From positions 1 through 64,000 of IMG/VR virus record IMGVR_UViG_3300029288_000002: DNA of 64,000 bases. One strand, 5' to 3'. The notes under the pieces are model-generated. The model did no database searches. It was not told where the DNA came from and was given only the letters and a program-made list of their open reading frames with translations. How positions within the stretch are numbered: the stretch's first letter is position 1; each line of letters opens with the position of its first letter. A program made the translations under genes and the position numbers. This document shows, one piece after another, positions 30,366 to 39,522 of this stretch. The DNA is from a virus. Its lineage: Duplodnaviria; Caudoviricetes.

Positions 30366-30833
30366 TTATGCCATTAACGCAGCGGCAAATGCTGTCCAGT
30401 CATAATGTGCAACTTTATAGTCCATTAGTCTTTGAGAAACATCTTCTTGTATACTTTCTAACTCTGCCATCTTAGCAGTAAGATTTTGCGATTCGCTGTG
30501 TCTTGTAAAATCTTTATCTTGAACAACGTTTTTCATCTGCAATGAGTTTTGTGTTTCTTTTCTCATCCAATACTTTTGCATAATGAAACTTAACATTGCT
30601 GTATTTTCATCAGTTAAAACAAGATTGAATCGTTTTGCGATCCAATCAATTTGTGTTAAATCTTGAGTACAATAAGGAGTAAAATCAACTATTGCTAATT
30701 TTAGCCAAGCACCCAAGTAAGTTTCATAATCTGTTACTGATGATTGGTATAATGCCAATAATCTATAATCATCTACCAATGACATAAACTGAGCATATAT
30801 AACACTAAAATTAGTTATATCTCCATAACTCAT
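30366..30833 (-). CDS. putative head-tail adaptor
   Basis: Helical 155 aa, 'DKDFTRHSESQNL'; position after capsid genes. Confidence 0.55.
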   Translation of the reverse strand: MSYGDITNFSVIYAQFMSLVDDYRLLALYQSSVTDYETYLGAWLKLAIVDFTPYCTQDLTQIDWIAKRFNLVLTDENTAMLSFIMQKYWMRKETQNSLQMKNVVQDKDFTRHSESQNLTAKMAELESIQEDVSQRLMDYKVAHYDWTAFAAALMA

Positions 30834-30846
30834 TAGTATTCACTCC

Positions 30847-31515
30847 TTATTTTTGAGGAATCAATAAATCTTTAGACTGCTCTGCTAATTCAATTAATTT
30901 TATTCCAGCATCTCTTTCAAAAGCCACCAATAATCCCATGTCAACTGACTCTGGATTGTCTCTGATTTTAGAAATTAAGAAGTCACGAATAACTTCTTTT
31001 TGATACCTGTTAGCAGTATTATAAATCATAACAGCATCGGCTTTTCCCTCGATTGCCTTTTCCATTGCTTGTTTATTCAAAATGTTTTTATACATATCAT
31101 CAAAACCAAGTTGATGTACTGTTTTTGGACTGGCAATATATACATACCCTTTCTCAAAAAAAGAAGGTATTACGTTTACAATTTTAGATAAATCATTAAA
31201 CATAATGTTCTTCACATCACCAAATTTTAAGAAGGTATATTTTGTTCCCCTACCATATGCTTCAGTTGTTAAATTCAAAGTATATTTATACAATGAAATA
31301 ACAGGAACATATTCAAAACCATCTAACTTTTCGTTAAGTTTAGCATCATCTTTTTCAGCCAATTTAGAACGGAGACTTTTAATTTCATCCATCATCTCTC
31401 TCATTTGTGCTAAAACATCAACATCCCCATTACTATTTACTGGAATACTATCGCCAGTAGCAATAACATGGTTATCACTTGTATCACTTGATACAGCAGC
31501 AGTCTTTCTCGCCAT
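30847..31515 (-). CDS. hypothetical head-module protein
   Basis: Start MARKTA with AAGGA RBS; the longer ORF-track start lies inside a hairpin. Confidence 0.6.
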   Translation of the reverse strand: MARKTAAVSSDTSDNHVIATGDSIPVNSNGDVDVLAQMREMMDEIKSLRSKLAEKDDAKLNEKLDGFEYVPVISLYKYTLNLTTEAYGRGTKYTFLKFGDVKNIMFNDLSKIVNVIPSFFEKGYVYIASPKTVHQLGFDDMYKNILNKQAMEKAIEGKADAVMIYNTANRYQKEVIRDFLISKIRDNPESVDMGLLVAFERDAGIKLIELAEQSKDLLIPQK

Positions 31516-31550
31516 TTTAAAATTCCTTATATCTATTCTTCGTAAACAAT

Positions 31551-31640
31551 AATAGAGGTAGAAAATATCGAAGTGTATATCTTTCAATTTAGTAATTTTG
31601 GTTAAACCAAGATACTTTACTATTTCTATCTACCTCTATT
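31551..31640 (-). promoter_or_regulatory. extended stem-loop downstream of the major capsid gene
   Basis: AATAGAGGTAGA...TCTACCTCTATT 12-bp outer stem with further internal pairing. Confidence 0.5.
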
Positions 31641-31653
31641 TACATTTATAAAC

Positions 31654-32823
31654 TTAGGACAAAGTAATAACACCAGCCAGGCTGTTCGTAATAACAGCAG
31701 TACCCCAAGACTTCTGGAAGTTAGACTTCTGAGTCAGGTTACCGTTATCAAAAGGCCCATCAGTATTAGCCATCGTAGAACCTTCCAAAACAACCTTCAC
31801 GGGTTTATCAATACCGGCACAAAGCAGGTAAATCTTGGTGTCGTCCAGTGCTACTTTAAATTCAGTAGTCCAGTCTGCAACTTGCTCTAACTCGAAAATG
31901 TCCAATTGGCTAATCGTGCGAATATAACCAATCTTCACAAAATCGCTTTCCAAGTCGTAACGATAGTTAACATCGTCTGGTAAAATATTAGCCAAAGCTA
32001 AACGAGTACCGAGAATTTGGGGTTTTGCACCACCGTTCCACGCAGCCAACTTCTGAGCCAACTCAACCAACGTAGCCTGAGTATAACCAGCAAAGCGAAG
32101 AGCGTCATCGCCAGCATTGTCCAAAGCAGCCATACAAGTATTGAACGCAGCATACGCTTCCACAGTCACCTGGGACTCCATTGAGCGAATAGCCTTAGCA
32201 GTGAAATCAGCCAACGACTCCAAACCGCACAGTACACGATACAGAGAAACTTCAACACTCATAACATGATTGTCAGGGTTCAGCGTAACAGAAGTATTGA
32301 ACTGCTTGTTACCAACCCCTGCTTTCATAGCACGACCACTCTTCGACACAATGAACAGGTCACGAGGCTTAAGATCAAACTTTGCAGTATCACCCCAGCC
32401 AATATTGCGGACATCAGCGAAGAAGCCCAAAGAGTTAATCATAGTCTGAGGAAGTACCATATCAATAACAGCAGTAACTAAAGCATAAGCAGCCCACTGA
32501 ACATTTGGGTTCACAGACCACATGGCAGTTGAAATGCCGCCAGTATTGAAATTGGGAACATTTGCAGCTTCCGCAACCAGAGACCAGAACGTATCATTGA
32601 TGGTCTTTTCTTTAGCATCAAACGACAAAGAAGTATCAAACTGCAAAGGCATGAACTTCTTAGCACTCTTCATCCACATTTTCTTACCGTTGTGGTCTTC
32701 GCTCTGATTGTAATAATCAACAAAAGCATCTGCGAAATCCATAACCTTTTTACCAAAAGCGGAGTCGCCAGTTCCTTTAGTCTGAGCAAAGTTTAAAACA
32801 CTTACAGGATATTTATTAGCCAT
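31654..32823 (-). CDS. major capsid protein
   Basis: 389 aa after protease/decoration genes; 'FADVRNIGWGDTAKF', 'ILGTRLALANILP'; strongly biased codons; GGGAGG RBS. Confidence 0.85.
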   Translation of the reverse strand: MANKYPVSVLNFAQTKGTGDSAFGKKVMDFADAFVDYYNQSEDHNGKKMWMKSAKKFMPLQFDTSLSFDAKEKTINDTFWSLVAEAANVPNFNTGGISTAMWSVNPNVQWAAYALVTAVIDMVLPQTMINSLGFFADVRNIGWGDTAKFDLKPRDLFIVSKSGRAMKAGVGNKQFNTSVTLNPDNHVMSVEVSLYRVLCGLESLADFTAKAIRSMESQVTVEAYAAFNTCMAALDNAGDDALRFAGYTQATLVELAQKLAAWNGGAKPQILGTRLALANILPDDVNYRYDLESDFVKIGYIRTISQLDIFELEQVADWTTEFKVALDDTKIYLLCAGIDKPVKVVLEGSTMANTDGPFDNGNLTQKSNFQKSWGTAVITNSLAGVITLS

Positions 32824-32852
32824 TTTCTTATATTCCTCCCTTTCCTATACCA

Positions 32853-33410
32853 CTAATTATATAAAACTTCAAAACGATGGATCGTAACACGGTTAGTACC
32901 AATTGTATTGGTAATCGCAGATACAGGTAAACTGTAGTAATGATCCCCTAACAGTCTAAAGGAAGTAACGCTGGCAGTCTGAGTAGCACCCCAATACATA
33001 TTGTAGCCACCAGTAGTATCCGTAGCGTTTACAAAAGTATTAGACCCTTGAGTATTAGCCAAGCAAGCATCAGTCAACCAAATCTCATCTGCTACTTCGA
33101 GGTGAAACACCGAAAAGACCTTCGTACCAGCGGTATACGCTAAACGAGGATCAACATTGATGTTACGAACCGTGATATAGGTGTCAGTAATTTGCGATAC
33201 TTCAGGTTCATGCACCATCCACAGATTAGCCAAAGTACCAGTAGCGGGCTTTGCAGCCGTCCATAGATCACTCGATGTAGCAGTGATGCCAGTTAAAGCT
33301 ACCACCCAGCCATTATCAACAGCATCTGCAGCAGTCACGGCAGACCGATTCAACGATTCAATATTTTTTGCGGCAACTTTCGCGCCAATAACGAGACCAT
33401 GATAAGCCAT
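32853..33410 (-). CDS. putative capsid decoration protein
   Basis: 185 aa between scaffold and MCP; 'VDNGWVVAL'. Confidence 0.6.
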   Translation of the reverse strand: MAYHGLVIGAKVAAKNIESLNRSAVTAADAVDNGWVVALTGITATSSDLWTAAKPATGTLANLWMVHEPEVSQITDTYITVRNINVDPRLAYTAGTKVFSVFHLEVADEIWLTDACLANTQGSNTFVNATDTTGGYNMYWGATQTASVTSFRLLGDHYYSLPVSAITNTIGTNRVTIHRFEVLYN

Positions 33411-33423
33411 ATTATATTCTCCT

Positions 33424-35523
33424 TTACTTCTTTGTCTTCAATCTATCCCATACAGATAAATTTTCACTATTAACTTCTTCTTTCCCTAAATTGAACCAGG
33501 GTAAAGCAGCTTTAACAATATTGTCACCAGTAGATTTAGATGTTTTTAGTGCATAATTAAATGCCTTAGCTTTAGCTTTAGTTTCCCATTCGCTAATAGC
33601 AGCATAACCACACATATCTGCTTCTTCTTTGACTGATTTCATTTCTTCTTCTGGCATACCAGACGCTTTTAATTGAGCCATTACAGTGTCAATCGTTGCC
33701 ATTTTCTTTTGCTCTTCAACTGATGCGCGATACTTTTTTAGTTCATCGTTCTCAGCCATGTATGCTTTGTTTTCTTCATCCTTTTTGGATAAGTCTTCTG
33801 CCATTTTGCACATTTTAGTTTCAGCTTCTTTTGCTTTTACAGACATTTTCTTTACTAAAGCAAACATTCCGTTGACTGCCATTCGAGTATTGCAAAACTC
33901 GCCTTTTTTAACTTCATCAGCAGCCATTTTACACATGGCAAAATCCATATCCTCTAAGTCCTCTTTATGAGATTCTGTCTCAGCTTCAAGCATAGCTAAA
34001 AGATAAGCCATATCCACATAAGAATCCAAAGACATTTTCTCTTCTTTTTCATTGCCCCCCGTCTCTTCTTTCTTTTCCTCTTCAGGAGTTTCTTTTTTTT
34101 CTTCCTTTGGAGTCTCTTCCTTCTCTGGTACAACAGCCATTTCTTCTTTCTTGTCTTCTTCTAATTCATCCACACTCATTGCCTCCTTCTGGGGTTCTTC
34201 TACCCCCATTTTTTTGCGTATCCCATTTATTTTGCTTACTATTTCACTTTCACCTTCTTTTTCAGCATACCCTAACGCAGTGCCTAATGCCCCGCGATTA
34301 TATACTGCTGTGTCGCCCACAATTTGCATTACTGGATATTTCAGCAAGCCAGTATTCTTTTTATAGTCACCCGCCTCTATTTTCATATAAACAGCATGTA
34401 CTAATTCAGAATAGTTTTTAGCCTTCATTACCTTATGCAAAAGTGCAGTCTTATCTACATCGCCCCATGAGGAATTGCTCATTGAGTCTTTCGACTTGTC
34501 TATTTTTATAGTTTCGCCTGTCCCCCAATCTTCTGGATTTGCAAAATATGTAGCCATTCTTTTATCACTCTCCTCCATGTCACGCACTAACTTTGTTGCA
34601 AATGACATTCCTTCTCTACCCCCATGCAAAGCATATCTTATTGCTTCTGGCGACTCATTGTCTGAAAAATCGTGTATGGTTGTTCGTTTACTAAAGAAAT
34701 GACTCATTTGTCTAAGTTTTTCTTGTGACGCTTTTTCATTGTTCACTATATGTCGAGCAACAGACAACGATACAGCATTAGCTCCAACGCCTTTCTGCTT
34801 ATATAAGTCTAACCCTTTTTGAGCATTTGTTTTTACTTTAGCAGGAATCGTAAAATCTAAATTAGAATAATGACCAAATTCTAAACGATAGGCTTCTTCA
34901 TACTTTGCAGTTTCTTCTTTAGCAAAGAATAATATTTCCATAAAACTTTTTGGGCTTGCTTCTCTAATATCATCACCTAAAATTGTTACAGCCTCAAAGC
35001 TAAAATCTAACAACTCTTCTAATGTATCATTGTCAATCATTGCGCTATCATATACCAACATTTCAACTGATACACTCTTACGATTACCCTTAGATTGTCT
35101 AAACAACTCTAAGCATTTACCAGAGTACAATGACCAAATTAGAGCATCAACTTTAATTACTTTGCGAATACCATCTTCTGCATCTTCTACTCTGGCAGTA
35201 TTTGGTAATACAAATCCGCACGGGACAGTCGTTCTATTTTCGTTTCCATTACCATAATAGTCATCAAAGTTATTACCATTAGATGTTTGTATGCTATGCG
35301 ATCCGAAGTCGTTTTTATATTTGTTTAGTTCAAAGATAATAGGTTTATTATCTAATGTTCCTTTGGTTTTATCTAATGTCTCTGCACTGCAATATGTCTG
35401 GTGTAAACTAACGCCCGAATGAAACACGCTAAGAGTTGCACGAGCGAAAGAATGGGGCTTTTCATTTTCTTCATCTGCAAATTCTATTTTCTCTATCTCG
35501 AAAACTAATTTTTTTATTCCCAT
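33424..35523 (-). CDS. prohead protease / scaffold fusion
   Basis: 'KPIIF...DFGSH', 'KSVSVEM', 'AVTILG..IREA.P' protease-like motifs; acidic coiled-coil C-terminus; two extra central domains. Confidence 0.75.
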   Translation of the reverse strand: MGIKKLVFEIEKIEFADEENEKPHSFARATLSVFHSGVSLHQTYCSAETLDKTKGTLDNKPIIFELNKYKNDFGSHSIQTSNGNNFDDYYGNGNENRTTVPCGFVLPNTARVEDAEDGIRKVIKVDALIWSLYSGKCLELFRQSKGNRKSVSVEMLVYDSAMIDNDTLEELLDFSFEAVTILGDDIREASPKSFMEILFFAKEETAKYEEAYRLEFGHYSNLDFTIPAKVKTNAQKGLDLYKQKGVGANAVSLSVARHIVNNEKASQEKLRQMSHFFSKRTTIHDFSDNESPEAIRYALHGGREGMSFATKLVRDMEESDKRMATYFANPEDWGTGETIKIDKSKDSMSNSSWGDVDKTALLHKVMKAKNYSELVHAVYMKIEAGDYKKNTGLLKYPVMQIVGDTAVYNRGALGTALGYAEKEGESEIVSKINGIRKKMGVEEPQKEAMSVDELEEDKKEEMAVVPEKEETPKEEKKETPEEEKKEETGGNEKEEKMSLDSYVDMAYLLAMLEAETESHKEDLEDMDFAMCKMAADEVKKGEFCNTRMAVNGMFALVKKMSVKAKEAETKMCKMAEDLSKKDEENKAYMAENDELKKYRASVEEQKKMATIDTVMAQLKASGMPEEEMKSVKEEADMCGYAAISEWETKAKAKAFNYALKTSKSTGDNIVKAALPWFNLGKEEVNSENLSVWDRLKTKK

Positions 35524-35742
35524 TTATCCCCCTTTCGCCAGTTTTGAGTATAACCATTCTTGTAATTTTATTAGCGCAGGTTCTATTTTTAATAGATTGC
35601 GCAGTTCTTCTGTATCTGAAAACCAGTAAAAATCAGCGTCTTTATTTAGTGGAGGTAAGTTAAACTCTTCTGTTAGCCAATCACCAAGAGGATAATGACA
35701 TCGAAAAGTTCTTTTCATGTTTTGAGGATTTAATACTCTCAT
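35524..35742 (-). CDS. hypothetical protein
   Basis: 72 aa, GGAG RBS. Confidence 0.6.
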   Translation of the reverse strand: MRVLNPQNMKRTFRCHYPLGDWLTEEFNLPPLNKDADFYWFSDTEELRNLLKIEPALIKLQEWLYSKLAKGG

Positions 35743-35744
35743 GA

Positions 35745-36242
35745 CTATTTCTCCAGTAATAAGTATAGATTAAACCAATTATTACCAGAAAGGTTAACTC
35801 TATCTTGAAAAGTTGTACATTCCTCAGTCTCTTTAATTTGCCACATCAGCATTTCTCTCATTGCTCCTTCAACCAATGGCGCAGCAGGAGAAGGGTCATT
35901 TATCGCCAAATCTCTAATCGCAGTCAAACTCTCAGTAGTCTCTACTTCTCGTTCTACAAACTTGTCGCTAATATCAGAAGGTAACGTGATCGTAAAGTCG
36001 CCAGAGTCTATTTCACCAATAGAATAATCTACGTTCAAGTCAGTTAACAATTTTAGTATGTATAAACTGTGTTTAATTTCTTCTGCCGCTTGATCTAAAA
36101 ACACTTCATATGTTTTGTCAAATCCTCTAAACGCCAGAGCAGAGGCTATTCGTAAATACAAGGAGTTGTTAAATCTCTCACTACAGTATTGGTTCTGTAG
36201 CACTTCTATCAAACTATCGCTAAGTAATTTTGTTTCAGCCAT
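35745..36242 (-). CDS. ferritin-like protein
   Basis: 165 aa; 'Q..SE....LY', 'QAAEEIKH', 'EREVETT', 'QIKE' match ferritin ferroxidase spacing. Confidence 0.85.
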   Translation of the reverse strand: MAETKLLSDSLIEVLQNQYCSERFNNSLYLRIASALAFRGFDKTYEVFLDQAAEEIKHSLYILKLLTDLNVDYSIGEIDSGDFTITLPSDISDKFVEREVETTESLTAIRDLAINDPSPAAPLVEGAMREMLMWQIKETEECTTFQDRVNLSGNNWFNLYLLLEK

Positions 36243-36254
36243 TCATTTTCCTCC

Positions 36255-36488
36255 TTAATTTTCAGGAGGTACTTCTGCCTCCGATTTTGTAAACGGATGA
36301 GTCTTTTTATATTCATTCCATTCTTGTAATACTCTGTCTACATCTTCTGTTACGATATATAGTTTATACGGTCGCTTCGATACAGGATGTAAACCTTTTG
36401 TTTCATATCGCATGTCGTGTAACGCTAACCAATGATATAAGTGATCACTATAACAGTAAAATAGTCGCTGTGATTCTTGCTGTTCCAT
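36255..36488 (-). CDS. small conserved phage protein (DUF5659-like)
   Basis: 'FYCYS..L..WL....RY...G.HP' pattern; start MEQQES with AAGGA RBS. Confidence 0.55.
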   Translation of the reverse strand: MEQQESQRLFYCYSDHLYHWLALHDMRYETKGLHPVSKRPYKLYIVTEDVDRVLQEWNEYKKTHPFTKSEAEVPPEN

Positions 36489-36588
36489 GTAATATTCCTT
36501 TGTTAATAAGAGTAACCCCCTGTAATAGAAAAGAGAGTACATATACTGTACTCTCTTGTTGTAAGTGTTATTTTGTTGTAGACTGTGG

Positions 36589-37749
36589 CTATAGGTTAAG
36601 ATAGTCGGTTAAGATTTCTTCTATATCGTTGAAGTTTTTATAGGATATGCGCAGAAGAGGGATCGCATTGTCTGCACAATATTTTGTTTTGATAGAGTCG
36701 CGCCTTTTAATTTTTTCAAACTCCTTTTTTGCATGTTCTTCATCTTTTCCTGAAAAATCTATAGGAACAAAGTGTTGCTCCCCGTCTGCTTCAATCAAAC
36801 CCATTAGACAATTATTTTTATCAAAAACAGCAAAATCAAAAAATAAAGGCTTAATGTGTTTACAATATTTTATGGAATATTCATGAATATAACTAATATT
36901 TGCGTTTTTTAAAACTTTTTCCACTATTAGTTCGGCTTTTGAAGAATTACAATGAGGGCATCCTGTCTTTCTTTTGGCAGTTCTGTTATGGGGAGACGCT
37001 TCCCAACTTTTTCCACATTGTTTACACAACCACCAGTATTTTTTACAACTGGCAAAAGATATGTTGTTTATATCAACCCCTGTGTTTTTAATAATATCAA
37101 ACTCTTCTATTATTTCAGGAAACAATAACGCCAAACTGTTTTTGTCTGTAACCACATGCCCCGAACAAGAAGAACAAGTCTTATCTTGCATACTATGAAC
37201 ATCGCATTTCCATTCATATAAACAAACAGGACATTTCCAAAATACCGTTTTTCGGCTTCCTCTTGCTACTTCTTCCGGTAAAATAGTATTCTTTTCGTAA
37301 TCCCAATATTTTAAATATTTTTCATTTGTCATAACAATATTATAAAAATCACTACATTTTTCTCCGTTACAATAATAACAGCCATCACCCCGCCATATAC
37401 TTTCCCATATTTTAACAAACGTTTTATTACATTTATGGCATCTTAAATTTAGTTTGCTTTTACTACCGGAATATTTGTTATTGTCAGTTAATGAAAACGG
37501 TTTATTGTTTTCAATTAGCCATAAAGAAATGTTTTCTAAACTATATGGATTATGTACATCTACGCGGTTGGGGTTCTTGTGTACGTGTGATTTTTTACAA
37601 ATATGAGATAATACAAGATCATATTTATAACCTTGTTGATCACATATTATTACTCGAAGTTTTAAATTTTTGCTATAATAACTAATAAGAGAATATCCTT
37701 TATTTGCAAGAATATTCTCAATTTCATTCTTTGTTTTTCCGAATCTCAT
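36589..37749 (-). CDS. free-standing zinc-ribbon repeat endonuclease (putative homing endonuclease)
   Basis: Multiple CxxC ribbons ('VFWKCPVC', 'YWWLCKQCGKSWEA...GCPHC'); C-terminal 'SKAE...FDF...IEADGEQHF...RD..K..YC'; start MRFGK with AAGGAG. Confidence 0.8.
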   Translation of the reverse strand: MRFGKTKNEIENILANKGYSLISYYSKNLKLRVIICDQQGYKYDLVLSHICKKSHVHKNPNRVDVHNPYSLENISLWLIENNKPFSLTDNNKYSGSKSKLNLRCHKCNKTFVKIWESIWRGDGCYYCNGEKCSDFYNIVMTNEKYLKYWDYEKNTILPEEVARGSRKTVFWKCPVCLYEWKCDVHSMQDKTCSSCSGHVVTDKNSLALLFPEIIEEFDIIKNTGVDINNISFASCKKYWWLCKQCGKSWEASPHNRTAKRKTGCPHCNSSKAELIVEKVLKNANISYIHEYSIKYCKHIKPLFFDFAVFDKNNCLMGLIEADGEQHFVPIDFSGKDEEHAKKEFEKIKRRDSIKTKYCADNAIPLLRISYKNFNDIEEILTDYLNL

Positions 37750-37779
37750 ATTGCTCCTTTTATACTTAGACATTATTGT

Positions 37780-37808
37780 ATTATAACACACACTAATGTA
37801 TTTGTCAA
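37780..37808 (-). promoter_or_regulatory. sigma70/sigA-type promoter of the endonuclease gene
   Basis: TTGACA-17 nt-TATAAT with TG extension. Confidence 0.85.
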
Positions 37809-37822
37809 GGATCAATATTTAC

Positions 37823-38500
37823 TTACATCCCCATCATAGCAATCCACAATATCTTTGTGCCATTTGGTGTTCCGGCAGTTACATACAAATTTTTACTAAT
37901 ATCAGTTGCATCTACTGATACAGTAAAACCTGTATCTACAGTACCATAAAAACTTCCAGCAATAACTTGTGCAGTATTACTCAGTCGGATTGGGAGTCCA
38001 AAAGTATTAACTGTTCCAATCGTAATCGCATCACTGGCGGCACCACGAGTCGGAACAACTGCTTGGGAGATCGTCTTGAACGATTTTACAGAATTTACAG
38101 TTGCAGTTCCGTTGATTACGAGAGTGTCTGAAATTACAACACCCTCAATGTCTGTCCCTGTCAAAACAAGGTTTCCTGTACATGTCGCTTGATTCCCCGT
38201 AACACTAACTAAACGAGGAAACGTAATAGCTGAAAAGCCAGTAGTTACAGTAGTAGTACCTGATGTCGGTTGTGTAATGCTGGCATGAACCAATGCTGCG
38301 CCAGCATTAGCAGGAGCAAAAGTATAGTAAACCAAATAACCAGTACCATAAGTTGAACCTGTAGGCATCGTAGTTACCAGAGTACCTGCGTCTTGCATTT
38401 TCTTCGCCAATGTACCCAGTCCGCCAGCGAACTCGCGTTGAGCGCGTCCTGATTTATCCAATTTTGTTGCTTGACTTGTAGTTGCAATCGTAATAGTCAT
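37823..38500 (-). CDS. putative virion structural protein
   Basis: T/G/A-rich; start MTITIA with GGGAGG RBS. Confidence 0.55.
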   Translation of the reverse strand: MTITIATTSQATKLDKSGRAQREFAGGLGTLAKKMQDAGTLVTTMPTGSTYGTGYLVYYTFAPANAGAALVHASITQPTSGTTTVTTGFSAITFPRLVSVTGNQATCTGNLVLTGTDIEGVVISDTLVINGTATVNSVKSFKTISQAVVPTRGAASDAITIGTVNTFGLPIRLSNTAQVIAGSFYGTVDTGFTVSVDATDISKNLYVTAGTPNGTKILWIAMMGM

Positions 38501-38592
38501 AATTCTAAACCTCCCTGAATTATTATATATATTATCATACATATAACATAATGCAATTATTCCGCTACTTCATTATAGAATAGCCTTTCCAT

Positions 38593-39513
38593 TTATTCCA
38601 CTACTTTCTGCAAATAAGTTCTATTATTGTCCTGCACGCAACACCACTTTGCATCAGTAGGCGAAATTTGAACCCAAGCACCACCAAATGCACCAGCCAC
38701 ATTGTACACGCTAACCACATCACCCTTTTTCAACTTATACAACGATGCGCCATTAGTACTCGGCAAACTACGCACGTTTAGCGTATCAACAATAACCTTC
38801 ATTTTCAACATATCACAACCATCCTCTATTGGTACTGGAATCGGTATAGGATCAATAACAACTGGCGTTTTACTATACTGATTGAAATATTCAATTTTCA
38901 TATAGTTCATATCTAAAGACTTAGACTCCATGCCATATTTCAACCCGTCTCCATTAGAAGTATATTGCCAAAGAAAACAATCAGTCCAGGGTTTAGGCAT
39001 TTCTGCTAAAGTAGGATAAGTTGTATTATAATGAGCAAGCCATAATTTATAACTCCCCCAATATGAGTCTGCTCCATTAGAATACTGATCAAAAAACGAC
39101 TTTGCGGTGTAGATCATAATATCTGAACTTTTCTTTCCAGATATAGTCTTAAATCTTTCAAGAAAATTGTACAATATGTCATAAGCATTAGGTGGCACAG
39201 TACTCCACCATTCCCAATCGTCAACAACTGGTAATTCGCCTGGATCATCTTTTATAGTTTCCCAAAAGAACTCTGCCTGTTTTATTGGATTATCCCACGT
39301 CATAAAGTGATAACTTCCAATAAGCAAAGGAGTTTTACGACAATTTGCGCGATCTCGTTTATAATTAGAATCAGCATACACGTTCTGACTTGCTTTGATA
39401 TAGTTGAATCTCATTCCCTGGTCATACGCTTTTTGAAAATCTGGTACATAACTGGTTTCTGCTATATCATCCCAAACTGAGGAATCCATACCTAAAATTA
39501 AGTTATCAGTCAT
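38593..39513 (-). CDS. endolysin: GH25 muramidase + SH3-like cell-wall-binding domain
   Basis: 'GMDSSVW', 'YIKASQ', 'GSYHF', 'DWE', 'LWLAHY', 'LWQYT', 'LDMN'; C-terminal 'LNVRSLP'. Confidence 0.9.
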   Translation of the reverse strand: MTDNLILGMDSSVWDDIAETSYVPDFQKAYDQGMRFNYIKASQNVYADSNYKRDRANCRKTPLLIGSYHFMTWDNPIKQAEFFWETIKDDPGELPVVDDWEWWSTVPPNAYDILYNFLERFKTISGKKSSDIMIYTAKSFFDQYSNGADSYWGSYKLWLAHYNTTYPTLAEMPKPWTDCFLWQYTSNGDGLKYGMESKSLDMNYMKIEYFNQYSKTPVVIDPIPIPVPIEDGCDMLKMKVIVDTLNVRSLPSTNGASLYKLKKGDVVSVYNVAGAFGGAWVQISPTDAKWCCVQDNNRTYLQKVVE

Positions 39514-39522
39514 AATATAATC

